Assembly: GCA_008690995.1 (NCBI GenBank)
Contig: VRMN01000001.1
Location: 2,790,001-2,854,000 of the forward strand
Reading direction: 5' to 3'
DNA length: 64,000 nt
Origin: Porphyridium purpureum
Taxonomy: Eukaryota
This document shows positions 54,762-64,000 of this stretch, piece after piece; position 1 is the first letter of the stretch, and each line of letters starts with the position of its first letter. The notes under the pieces were generated by a model. It saw only the letters and a program-made list of their open reading frames with translations. It was not told the origin of the DNA and ran no database searches. The position numbers were made by a program, and so were the translations under genes.

Positions 54762-55256
54762 ATGCCGGACGCGGTGTCAGATATTGCACGGCCCGCGCCG
54801 CTCGCGACGTCGTCGGTTCTGTACGCGGCGTCCAAGTATATTGGGATCCTGTGCCGCGGCGAGAACGTGTCGTACCTCGAGTGCAAGGCGGAGCACGCCA
54901 ACCCCGCGGACTGTTTGGATCGCGGCGCCAAAGTGCAGAGCTGCGTCGCCGACGTGCTCGCCGCGCTCGCAAGCACGTGCCCAGAGTCTTTTACCCAGTA
55001 TGCTAAATGTATCGAGGACGAGCCCATGGAGGAGTACGCGTTCCATGAGTGCCGATCGCGTGAAACAGTTTTGTCCAAGTGCGCCGTGCCGGCCCTAAAG
55101 ATCAAGGAGGTGTACGCTGAACTGGAGGCTGCTCATGCAGCTGCCGTGGAGGCTTCTGCAGCCGCAGAGACACAGACAGCCGGCGGATCCGCCGCTTCAG
55201 AAGGCGCTCCTGCTTCTTCCGTATCGGCCGCCGCAGCGTCTCCATCCGAAAGGTGA
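54762..55256 (+). CDS. NDUFA8: Mitochondrial complex I subunit NDUFA8 (CX9C protein)
   Basis: TSSVLYAASKYIG..C...N...L.CK....NP..CL..G..V..C, with repeated CX9C spacing. Confidence 0.9.
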   Translation: MPDAVSDIARPAPLATSSVLYAASKYIGILCRGENVSYLECKAEHANPADCLDRGAKVQSCVADVLAALASTCPESFTQYAKCIEDEPMEEYAFHECRSRETVLSKCAVPALKIKEVYAELEAAHAAAVEASAAAETQTAGGSAASEGAPASSVSAAAASPSER

Positions 55257-55464
55257 GACAGGAGAATGGCAGCCATTTAGGTGAATGATTTGACTCGGTC
55301 AAGTGGATTGCCGCACTGAACAATGCACTCATTTTCCTCTCGGGCATTGGTGTGCCGCCGTTCCTCTTTTTTATATAAAGGCTTGCGAATGTTTCCCTAG
55401 ATTGAATCGCCGCAAGTGAAGCGACACTTGCAATGGGCTGTGAGAAACGGAGGGTTGTGATGTG

Positions 55465-58026
55465 CTACTTCAACAGCTCCGAAGTCTCACTGTACGAGTC
55501 GAACTGCATAGTGAAAGAAGCCGACCCGCGGCTGGCTGAACGTAGCGCGCTCGCGTAGCCCACCAATCCCGCCAGGGGTACGTGCGAATGAATGAGTGCG
55601 CGCCCACCTGACTCGCCGAGCGCTTCCACGTGCTCAATAATGCCGCGTCGTTTTGCCGTCAGGTCGGACATTACTGCGCCCAGAAAGTCGTTCGGTACCG
55701 AAATTTGTAAACGCATGAGTGGCTCCAGTGCTGTCGGGCTGGCTCGAGGAAGCAGCGATCGAATGGCGAATGCCGCACAGCTTGAGACTGCCGCGGGCTC
55801 ATATGCAAGCAGCTCCTCTGCATTACTACCGAGCACGCGCACGACGACATCCTCCACCGGATACCCGGCAACTGCCCCGCGCATCAGTGCTGCGCGCAGC
55901 GCTGAATCGAGCGCAACCAAAACGGGGTGCTGCTTCTGCGCCTCGCCGTTCCTTTTCTTCGTCGCTTCTGTTCCATCCTCATGGCGTTTCAATATCTCTT
56001 CCAGCGCGCTCAGATCGACTGAAAGCCCTTGTCCGCGCGGCGCGGGAGCGATAGAGACTTCCATCTGTGCAACCAGTCGGCGTCCGCCGATCTCCTTGTC
56101 GAATTGTACAAAGTCTTGCACGTGCTCCATAACCGTTTCCTTATAGGCTACACGTGGTACGCCCATGCGAACCGGAAGCCCATACTCGCTCACGAGCCGG
56201 TCGCGAATCACTTCTAGATGCAGCTCGCCCATGCCGTGTATGACAAGTTCCCCTGTCTCCTCATCGTCCGCGACTCGCAATGACGGGTCCTCGCGCACCA
56301 GCCGCTCCAATGCTATCTGGAGCTCCTCGTTTGCACCGCTCGAATCACAGCGCACAGCCGCTGAGAACACTGCCGGCGGGATGCGTAGGCCCTGCAAAAG
56401 CATACTCTTCGACGCTTCAGACCGCACCGCAGTGCTGGTCAGCGTGTCTCCAGACATCGTGTGTTTGAGACCTGAAGCAGCAAACACAGAGCCAAACGCG
56501 GCTCCATGCACCAATTCCTCAACGTCGTCCGCCATTAACCTGAGCAGTTTCTGCGGCGTCTCAACTACATCACGCGAAGCATTGTACAGCCGCACATTCC
56601 GACCGGACAGACTGCCCGCAAAGATACGAATAAATACCAGCGCGCCTCGGTGCGTATCATGCACGACCTTGAACGCCAACGCGACTAAGGCGGCATCCGG
56701 TTGTAAATTCAGAAATCGAGGCTTCGCGCCTTCCTCCTTTGTGCTTTGGCGCTGCTCATGACCCTGCTTCTGATGCTCGTTGCCCCTCGACTCTGAAATG
56801 ACAGAACTTTCAGAACCACCGATCCGCGGCGGTTTTCGCTCAAGCGGGTTCGGCAGATAATCGAGAACTGCATCCATAACAGGCTGCACACCGCGGTTCT
56901 TCAGGGCCGAACCGCAAAGGACAGGGACAGCGCGGCGTTCCAGCGAGAGTCGACGCAGTGCTGCCGGCAGCTCGAGGTCCATCTGGCTATCGTCGCCGTC
57001 CAGGTAGAAGTCCATCACCTTGTCGTCGATATCTGCGACCTGTTCGACAAGCTCTGCTCTTGCGCGTTGCACACTTTCAGCCTCTGTTCGCGATAGGAGC
57101 GAAGAACCCACCAAGTCGCTTTGCGAACTGAACTTTGAAACTGTCAGCGTGGCGCCTTGCTCGTCGCTGTCGTCATACAAGCAAATAGTTAGTCTGACAA
57201 GATCGACAAAGCCACGAATCGAGCCGGAATCCGCTCCGCGCGCACCTGAACTTGCTGTGAAAAGGGGTACCTGAATGAGAATCGAATTTGCCCCCAGGCG
57301 CGATTTGAGCGTGCTTGCTGCAAAGCGCAGATCCGCACCTTCACGGTCCAGTTTGTTCACAAAAGCGATTACGGGTAGGTCGTATGAAGTAGCCTGCCTC
57401 CAGACGGTCTCGGTTTGCGCCTGCACACCGGCAACGCCATCAATGACTGCGACGCAGCCATCCATGACCATGAGAGCGCGCTCGACCTCTAATGTAAAGT
57501 CGACATGTCCCGGCGTATCGATGATATTGATCACATGTTCCCTCCAAACCACGGAAACCGCGGCGCTCTGAATTGTGATTCCACGCTCGCGCTCTTGCGG
57601 CAAGAAGTCGGTGACGGTATCACCCGAATCAACATCTCCGTAAACTCGCGTCGTCCCTGAGTAAAATAGCATGCGCTCCGTTGTAGTTGTTTTACCCGCG
57701 TCAATGTGAGCGATAACGCCGATGTTCCGCACGCGCTCAGGCCGTTGCACGATTTGTGCTATCGCTTGTGCATCAGACGATGAGAATCGTCTGACGGAGC
57801 CACGCCGGAAGCGTTCCAGGCTGTGCCTATCGTTCTTTGTTTCGGCACACCACTTGATCGCGCATTGCAGCACCGTTTCTGTCGCGCGCCTCCGACCATT
57901 CCACGCACTGGATGACTCTGATCGCCTGGCTCCCCTTCCGTATGGCGCCAGGACAGATCGTGCTCCACACCACGATCTTGCGCGTGCTATCAGGGTCGCA
58001 CTTGGAACCCATGTGTCATGTCGCAT
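55465..58026 (-). CDS. GFM2: Mitochondrial elongation factor G2 / ribosome-releasing factor 2
   Basis: RNIGVIAHIDAGKTTTTERMLFYSG, GDVDSGDTVTDFLPQERERGITIQSAA, DTPGHVDF, NKLD and GMGELHL. R/S-rich presequence. Confidence 0.9.
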   Translation of the reverse strand: MRHDTWVPSATLIARARSWCGARSVLAPYGRGARRSESSSAWNGRRRATETVLQCAIKWCAETKNDRHSLERFRRGSVRRFSSSDAQAIAQIVQRPERVRNIGVIAHIDAGKTTTTERMLFYSGTTRVYGDVDSGDTVTDFLPQERERGITIQSAAVSVVWREHVINIIDTPGHVDFTLEVERALMVMDGCVAVIDGVAGVQAQTETVWRQATSYDLPVIAFVNKLDREGADLRFAASTLKSRLGANSILIQVPLFTASSGARGADSGSIRGFVDLVRLTICLYDDSDEQGATLTVSKFSSQSDLVGSSLLSRTEAESVQRARAELVEQVADIDDKVMDFYLDGDDSQMDLELPAALRRLSLERRAVPVLCGSALKNRGVQPVMDAVLDYLPNPLERKPPRIGGSESSVISESRGNEHQKQGHEQRQSTKEEGAKPRFLNLQPDAALVALAFKVVHDTHRGALVFIRIFAGSLSGRNVRLYNASRDVVETPQKLLRLMADDVEELVHGAAFGSVFAASGLKHTMSGDTLTSTAVRSEASKSMLLQGLRIPPAVFSAAVRCDSSGANEELQIALERLVREDPSLRVADDEETGELVIHGMGELHLEVIRDRLVSEYGLPVRMGVPRVAYKETVMEHVQDFVQFDKEIGGRRLVAQMEVSIAPAPRGQGLSVDLSALEEILKRHEDGTEATKKRNGEAQKQHPVLVALDSALRAALMRGAVAGYPVEDVVVRVLGSNAEELLAYEPAAVSSCAAFAIRSLLPRASPTALEPLMRLQISVPNDFLGAVMSDLTAKRRGIIEHVEALGESGGRALIHSHVPLAGLVGYASALRSASRGSASFTMQFDSYSETSELLK

Positions 58027-58162
58027 GTCTTACTCAGTCAGACAAAGCCACAACGACACCCGAACGAAATGCAGCTTCTTGCCATCCAGCTTATCATTCG
58101 ATGTCGAGCGAACAGGCGAACGATCGTAGGGTGTTTATCTGCAGGAAGCGACTTGCTGCGTC

Positions 58163-59047
58163 ATGGCTTCTGGCATAAAGGTGTCTGGGCTATTCATATA
58201 CCCGATCAAGTCATGCAAGGGCATTCCGGTGGAACGGGCTGCATTGGCGCCGCAGGGATTGCTTCATGACCGGATGATCATGCTCGTGGACGAGAAGGGT
58301 AAGTTCTTGAGCCAGAGGAAAGCACCCCGCATGGCTTTAATCGAGGTGGACGTTGATGCGGCGCTGCTGATGCGTCCGGAAAAGCTCGAGTGCATTTTGC
58401 GCGCTCCCGGGATGGACGCATTTCCGCTTCGATGGGAACGGGACGCATACGATGCTTACAAGCCGCATTCCGTCGCGCAGATTTGGAAAGACCAAGTGCA
58501 CACGGAGGATATGGGAGATGCGGCTGCAGAGTGGTTCGCAATGTTTCTAGGCATCTCTGGATGCAGGCTGGTCCGGCTCAGGGAAGACTGGAACCGAACC
58601 TTGGAGGACGGCTTTGTCGAGAACCCGGCTGCGCACGTGGTCAGTCTGGCGGATGGATACCCGCTGCTTCTCACTTCGGAAGAGTCCATGAAAGACCTCA
58701 ATGAGAAAATTCCAGCAGGCACGCCCGGTCGACCGCTTCACATGGACCGATTCCGTCCAAATGTCGTGGTTTGCGGACTGGAAAGAGCCTGGCAAGAAGA
58801 CGGATGGCGACGTATCCGCATTGGTGCTGATGTGGTTTTTCAAGTCCCGAAGCCTTGCGCGCGTTGTAAGCTACCGAATACTGATCAGACCACTGCGATG
58901 GTAGGCACAGAGCCGCTCAAAACGTTGCTCAAGGAGCGCAAGTTCGGAGCAGAGGTCATGTTTGGGCAAAACTTGGTCCATGAGACAAATGCAGGAATCC
59001 TCGAGGTCGGGGCGATGGTCGAAATTCTGGAAGAAGTAAGCCCATAG
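58163..59047 (+). CDS. MOSC-domain molybdenum-cofactor protein (mARC-like)
   Basis: IYPIKSCKG, DR..ML, ADGYPLLL, DRFRPNVVV, KPCARC and FGQNL. Confidence 0.95.
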   Translation: MASGIKVSGLFIYPIKSCKGIPVERAALAPQGLLHDRMIMLVDEKGKFLSQRKAPRMALIEVDVDAALLMRPEKLECILRAPGMDAFPLRWERDAYDAYKPHSVAQIWKDQVHTEDMGDAAAEWFAMFLGISGCRLVRLREDWNRTLEDGFVENPAAHVVSLADGYPLLLTSEESMKDLNEKIPAGTPGRPLHMDRFRPNVVVCGLERAWQEDGWRRIRIGADVVFQVPKPCARCKLPNTDQTTAMVGTEPLKTLLKERKFGAEVMFGQNLVHETNAGILEVGAMVEILEEVSP

Positions 59048-59206
59048 CGCTTCTTGAACAAACTTGGCCTTGCGAAACAAGAGAGCAGTTTCATGCTCTT
59101 TGAGGGAGACTTGGCTTGTCGCCGTTGGGCACTGAGCTTCGCAGAAATACAAGAGTATGCATGAATTTTAACTAACTAAACTCTGCGTTGCTTACGTCTG
59201 TCGGCG

Positions 59207-59848
59207 TCAGCCGACAAAGGGTGGCAGATTGTGCTCCTGGAGGCCATCATTTTCTGCCGCCTGCGGGCGAAGCTCGTAGACAGTAACCACAGCTTCCCTC
59301 TTGTGCTTCGTGGTAATGCCTTTGAACCCAATGTACTGAATTTCCGTGCGGTTCTCTCCGTAGTTGTCCGACACAAACATCCACAACGTTTGTACATTTT
59401 GAAACTTTGTGAACTTTGTCGGCAGGTCAAGCGCGTCGCCTGCCTGACGGGGTGCCAGTTCCATGACCTGCAGGGGTGTTGTGCTTGAGGCTGCGTCAAA
59501 GTCCATGCTCTCCTTGTTGATAAACAGCTTGAGTGTGCGCGGGTTACTGCCGCTGTTCACACCACGCCCAAGCACGCAAATGCTCTTGAGTTTGACAGGG
59601 GCCATAAATTTGACGCCAATGAGCAGCTGCTCGTCGGCGTCCGAACACAAATACGGGAGCGTCTCATTCATCATTTCCTCCTTCGTGCGCAGCACATTCC
59701 TCGCCACGTCATTGGGCGGCTGCGCATTCAGCACGACGCTCGCGGCTGCGTTCACCTCCGCGTAAAGCGAGTCCCCACCCGAATCATAATCTGCGCGGTC
59801 CTCATCCCCATGGTCGCAGTTTTCATGAGTCCTGTGGCTGCACGGCAT
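59207..59848 (-). CDS. PITH-domain protein (PITHD1-like)
   Basis: SDADEQLLI.V.F...VKLKSI, P..LKLFIN, T.I.YIG.KG and YE.RPQ. Confidence 0.9.
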   Translation of the reverse strand: MPCSHRTHENCDHGDEDRADYDSGGDSLYAEVNAAASVVLNAQPPNDVARNVLRTKEEMMNETLPYLCSDADEQLLIGVKFMAPVKLKSICVLGRGVNSGSNPRTLKLFINKESMDFDAASSTTPLQVMELAPRQAGDALDLPTKFTKFQNVQTLWMFVSDNYGENRTEIQYIGFKGITTKHKREAVVTVYELRPQAAENDGLQEHNLPPFVG

Positions 59849-60050
59849 CGTAACCTACCGACTCTACACCATGCACGGACACACCCTCTCGCTCTTTCCG
59901 CTTCGTCTCTCTTCTTCGTCTCCTCTTGAACAGCTTCGATTTAAGTGGTGTCAGGTCACGGATGTGTTTAGGCTGGGACACGAACGTCAAGAACACGCGC
60001 GGGGGTGTGTTGTTGGACGTCGGTGCGCTTCCTGTGGTTGATTGGCTGGC

Positions 60051-60716
60051 ATGGCATCCAAGGGAGATGCGCGCGCGGCAGACCATGAAAGTTTGGAAAA
60101 GTTATTGGATGACCTTGGGAAGGAGCACTATGTTGATCCAAAAGTTGCCACGCATGCACAGCGGCAGAAGAAGCGCTCCCAGAACCGCGTCTGGACAAGT
60201 CGGCTGATCGGGGCAACGCTTGGCATTGCGTTCGTATGGCTAATTATTGTAACCGCTCTGGGCGCGAGCATTGGCTATGCGTTCAGTCGGCCATCGCAGA
60301 CGTCACAGTTTTGTTCCGTCGTGTCGTACGCGTGGACGCAGTCTATGGCTCGGTGCGATGAGCTCGTTGCCCTGCCTGAGAGTGATAGTTCCATGTCACC
60401 ACCGACGCAGATTACACGCCAGTGCGAAGGGCGCGACGCAACAAATAATTCGCGTGCGTCGCTGAGCGTTGAAACCATCGTCCTGCAAGATGGCGTCGCG
60501 TGGAGTTGGCAGACCCAAAACTTTGAGGACGGGCCGTACATCGGCACAGTCATTACTCTCGCCGGAATTTATTCCAATAGCTCATTCGACGGTGCGTTAG
60601 GGGTCACGGGCGGCGTCGGCATGCTGGGTACCAACTTTGCCGGCTCATGCTTAGTTCAATCGGACTCGAATGACCCGGATACCGTCATGTATTCTATGGA
60701 CTTATTGGTCTGCTGA
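60051..60716 (+). CDS. Single-pass membrane protein with a beta-rich C-terminal domain (possibly dirigent/allene-oxide-cyclase-like)
   Basis: TM helix LIGATLGIAFVWLIIVTALG and C-terminal ITLAG....ALGVTGGVG motif. The fold assignment is tentative. Confidence 0.65.
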   Translation: MASKGDARAADHESLEKLLDDLGKEHYVDPKVATHAQRQKKRSQNRVWTSRLIGATLGIAFVWLIIVTALGASIGYAFSRPSQTSQFCSVVSYAWTQSMARCDELVALPESDSSMSPPTQITRQCEGRDATNNSRASLSVETIVLQDGVAWSWQTQNFEDGPYIGTVITLAGIYSNSSFDGALGVTGGVGMLGTNFAGSCLVQSDSNDPDTVMYSMDLLVC

Positions 60717-60822
60717 ATGGTCCTGTCCGCCAGGCATGACGGCTCTTCCAAAATGTCTCACTCTTTTTGTTACCACTCCTGGGAGGAAGGAATAAAGTCT
60801 CTAACTTGGAACGGCGCTTCTC

Positions 60823-61869
60823 ATGGCAAGCGACCCGCAGGAAGCCACGGCGCACTCTGATCCGAGCAGTGTCGAGGTGGATACAAGCAAAGCTCTTCCG
60901 TTAGCTTCCGGTACGGCACAGGATGAATCCTTCGCATGCACGCGAGCTTGGGAGCGGCATTTGTTTGTCATCACCGCACCACGCGAGTTGCTGCAAAACG
61001 GCACCGCAGTCGACCGGATTACGGCACCCGACTGGGCGAGCGGCACGGGGTATGTGGCCAACGGAGCGCGACGGACCTTGTTTCGTGCTCGGACACAGGC
61101 CAAAGGTGATCCGCAGGCAGAAGTGCAGCTGTATGAATTGAGCAGCTTTGAACCGGATTTTGGGTCATGGCTTTTCGTGCGGACGGACGTCGATCGTGAT
61201 GCTGCGCTCGCAGCCGGAAAACAGGATGTCCTGCCTGCGGGCGTCATTGAGCGGGATGGAAGGCTGTACCATCTCACGCGCTTTGACGCGTGCTTTTTGC
61301 TGCTTCCGGTGCTGAGCCAACCTGAACATCGCGGCGTGTTCCAGCCCATGGACGCAATCTTTGAGGCACCATATGCGCGTGAGGTGGCAGATTACGCATC
61401 GCACGCGCGCATGCAGCGCTTGTGCGATACGCAGGATATTGGCGAGGGTGAATTCGTGTATCGCCTGAACGAGCAGAAAGTGCTTGATTGGATCAGCATC
61501 AAGTTGCGGCTCCTGCTGGCACTTCTAAAGAAAGGACGCCAGCCCAGCTCAGCGCACGGTGATGCTCTGGATCTCTTGGCCATGAATCTGGCCCCCGAAT
61601 GGATGGAGAAGGTGCGAAGAGCAGATCCAGAGTTGGCCGCAATGAATGCCGAGACCGGTGCGACAGTATGTGAATCAGAAGAAAAGCCATTTCTTGAAGA
61701 TGTAGTCAACTACCAAAGCATGTACCAGTCAGGCTCCGGTGGCGGAACTGGCGGTGAGCCTACCTCGAACGCGCCTGCCGCAAAGCGGGCCAAGCGAAGC
61801 ATAGACACGAAGCTTGCAAAAAGCTCGAAGAGTTCCAAGAGCATCACGTCCTTTTTCGGAAAGAAGTGA
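60823..61869 (+). CDS. RNASEH2B: Ribonuclease H2 subunit B
   Basis: GSWLF, DGRLY..T.FD..FLLLP.L, YRLNEQKVLDW..K and C-terminal PIP box KSITSFFGKK. Confidence 0.9.
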   Translation: MASDPQEATAHSDPSSVEVDTSKALPLASGTAQDESFACTRAWERHLFVITAPRELLQNGTAVDRITAPDWASGTGYVANGARRTLFRARTQAKGDPQAEVQLYELSSFEPDFGSWLFVRTDVDRDAALAAGKQDVLPAGVIERDGRLYHLTRFDACFLLLPVLSQPEHRGVFQPMDAIFEAPYAREVADYASHARMQRLCDTQDIGEGEFVYRLNEQKVLDWISIKLRLLLALLKKGRQPSSAHGDALDLLAMNLAPEWMEKVRRADPELAAMNAETGATVCESEEKPFLEDVVNYQSMYQSGSGGGTGGEPTSNAPAAKRAKRSIDTKLAKSSKSSKSITSFFGKK

Positions 61870-62286
61870 CGGCTCGCGTTATCGAGACAATGTCTCTGAT
61901 GCCAATTGGACCTGCAAGACTTGCATTTCAATTGTGGGTATTGTAACGAGCTCACACGATAGATTTTCTTACTATTTAACGTTAAAGGATAGCTTTCGCG
62001 CTTGCTCCGCATATCAGTTCATTCACTCTTTCACTCGATTCTCAGACGGCCGCACCTACTTCGATCTTTAATACGTCACCTTCACAACCACAACTTGAAC
62101 CAGCTTTGGATCGCAAGACGCTGCCTTGTCCACGCTTGCCAAGTGCGCGATACACTTTCGCAAACTGTGGCGACGCTGCCATCAAGCTCATCAGGCGGAA
62201 GCTGTCGACAGCTTCGGAGACGAGCAAGAGGCAGTGAAAAGATCTTCCGGAATCGAGACCCAGAGCACGAACCTTTGTTGACGACT

Positions 62287-63708
62287 ATGGGATCGGCAGG
62301 CGAAGCGGCGTTCGGCAGACCACTGGCCTTTCTCGTCGGATGTGTTCAGAGACCTTCTGTCTCAACCGCAACCCCACGCAAAAGTCGTGAAAGGATTCGC
62401 ATGTGTCGCCAGCCAGAGTCGCACGTAATCCGTGTGGTCGGCGCCGGTGTAGCTGGGCTCGCGACCGCGCTGGCTGTGCTGCACCTGGACGCTGGTTCCA
62501 AGAGGGTGGTGCGTCGAGTGCTAATTTATGATCAAGCCGAGAATGAGACCCAGCTGCTGGCAGACGCGGGAGCTGCCCTCAACTTGAATGGAGGTGTCGC
62601 CGTTCTGCAAAGATTGGGGTTGTTGGAACGCTTGCGTGACGCTGGCATCACGAATTCGAGCGCGACATCAACATTGGTGAATGGCGAAGGGAACGAGCGC
62701 CAGCTCTTTAGGATTGATTTCAGTCGTTTTCGCGACAAAGCACGTTCATTGGTAGCGAAAGATGGCAAACAGGTGACGCTTTGCATCATGCGAAAGGCAC
62801 TGCTTGCTCTTCTCTTAAACGCCGTACTTCAGGATCCTCGAGCCGAAATCAAGTACGGGGCTAAACTCAAGGGGTGTCGTGAAGACGGCGTTTTGGAATT
62901 CGCTGACGGTTCCGTTTCGGAACCGTGCACAGTGTGCATTGGAGCCGACGGAATTCGTTCGAGTGTGCGAGCATTTGTGCTAAATAAGAAAATTGGTGAC
63001 CGGCCGATTTACACAAACATTCGCGTCGTTTTTGCGATTGGTCCGAAGAGATCTCGCATCGAGTCACATCGAGCAGACGACGCCGAACTGAAGCAGTACT
63101 TCAGCGACAGATTCTTTATGCTTTGCTTCACAGGTGGTTGTGGACCAGGCGTCTGCCAAGACATCGTGGCGTTGGTTTTTCGAGACAAATCTGCGGACTT
63201 TGAGAATCCATCATATCGGCGCTGGGATGAAGAAGCCGTGAAAAAGGACGCCTTAGAGCGCATCGCACAAATTACAGTCCCGGCGGATGTTCGCAAATGC
63301 CTCCAACACGCCGACCAATGGATTTCAATACCAGTATTCCAGCGTCGGCCAATACGGCAATGGTCACGTGGAAGATATGTGCTGGTCGGTGACGCAGCAC
63401 ACGCCAGCGCTCCCTTCCTCGGACAAGGGGCAAATCAAGCAATTCAGGATGCTTATTGCCTAGCTACGGAATTGGTTTCGAAGTTGGATAGCGAGAGCTA
63501 CACGGATCTCGAACCGGCCTTCAGACGCTACACGACAAAGCGGTTTCTGCCAACGACAAAGATCATCATTGAAAGCGTCTTGATCGGCTCCATTGAAGCC
63601 CCAGCAGGTGCTCTGGGCGTGATCTTTCGTAACGCGCTTTTCTCCATGCTTGGTAGACTTGGCGTTCCAGAAAAGGTGTATGTGAGTGGGGCGTTGCCGC
63701 GAGTATGA
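62287..63708 (+). CDS. FAD-dependent monooxygenase (class A flavin hydroxylase; zeaxanthin-epoxidase/salicylate-hydroxylase-like)
   Basis: VVGAGVAGL, IGADGIRSSVR and LVGDAAHASAPFLGQGANQAIQDA. Transit-peptide-like N-terminus. Confidence 0.92.
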   Translation: MGSAGEAAFGRPLAFLVGCVQRPSVSTATPRKSRERIRMCRQPESHVIRVVGAGVAGLATALAVLHLDAGSKRVVRRVLIYDQAENETQLLADAGAALNLNGGVAVLQRLGLLERLRDAGITNSSATSTLVNGEGNERQLFRIDFSRFRDKARSLVAKDGKQVTLCIMRKALLALLLNAVLQDPRAEIKYGAKLKGCREDGVLEFADGSVSEPCTVCIGADGIRSSVRAFVLNKKIGDRPIYTNIRVVFAIGPKRSRIESHRADDAELKQYFSDRFFMLCFTGGCGPGVCQDIVALVFRDKSADFENPSYRRWDEEAVKKDALERIAQITVPADVRKCLQHADQWISIPVFQRRPIRQWSRGRYVLVGDAAHASAPFLGQGANQAIQDAYCLATELVSKLDSESYTDLEPAFRRYTTKRFLPTTKIIIESVLIGSIEAPAGALGVIFRNALFSMLGRLGVPEKVYVSGALPRV

Positions 63709-63787
63709 GAGGCCAAAACATGATGATTGGACCCTTTTTCTTTAGTTGCTTCACTTTGAACCCTCATGTTCTCCGTTCCTGGAATTT

Positions 63788-64000
63788 CTACTTGTTAGTT
63801 TCTTCAACAGCCGAGTAAAAAAGCATGTAGCCCGTCGTGCTCGTAAAAGCAAAATGGTACATGTTACCAAAGGCGCGATTTACGGCCGCCTCACTGCGAA
63901 GTTCCACAACATCATCGTCAAAGAGTACCCATCGCGGACCGGACCTGACAAGAGCAATGTAGTGACCGTGCCCGGCATTCATTCCGATGTGCACTACGAT
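63788..64000 (-). CDS. Ubiquitin-specific protease (USP12/46-like), 3' end only; the gene continues beyond the window
   Basis: His box VVHIG....HGHYIALV...WVLFDDD.VE and terminal GYMLFY. Confidence 0.9.
   Translation of the reverse strand: MVVHIGMNAGHGHYIALVRSGPRWVLFDDDVVELRSEAAVNRAFGNMYHFAFTSTTGYMLFYSAVEETNK

Noticed and set aside
54038..55105. 355-aa minus-strand ORF and 195-aa plus-strand ORF around NDUFA8
   Set aside because: No motifs; the minus ORF overlaps NDUFA8 antisense. Long spurious ORFs are common at this GC content.
62287..63708. Calling the flavin monooxygenase zeaxanthin epoxidase (ZEP)
   Set aside because: Only generic class A monooxygenase motifs are visible; the substrate cannot be assigned from sequence by eye.
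1..64000. CRISPR arrays, tRNA/rRNA genes, prokaryotic operons or defence systems
   Set aside because: None recognised by eye; the gene content is eukaryotic nuclear. Small ncRNAs could be missed without covariance-model searches.

Overview
Gene-dense, nearly intron-free eukaryotic nuclear DNA with about 28 recognisable or plausible protein-coding genes. Several proteins have plastid-transit-peptide-like N-termini and there is a GDP-mannose 3,5-epimerase; with the compact layout this suggests a unicellular red alga (Porphyridium-like). That assignment is inference. The standout feature is the RNA polymerase II second-largest subunit gene (RPB2, 13312-18483, minus strand). It is interrupted in frame by a 492-codon intein (13561-15036) inserted in the conserved GEMERD/C motif, with splicing motifs and a probably degenerate LAGLIDADG homing-endonuclease region. 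RPB2 sits head-to-head with the Pol II assembly GTPase GPN2. Other notable items: a decayed Tc3-like DD34E DNA transposon with TA flanks and two repeated sites per end (2805-4247); a probable 4E-T-like eIF4E-binding protein; a tightly packed GH47 mannosidase / VIM-bearing rhomboid pair; and two genes each broken by a single lesion (an in-frame TAG and a 1-nt frameshift). No rRNA, tRNA or CRISPR array was recognised.
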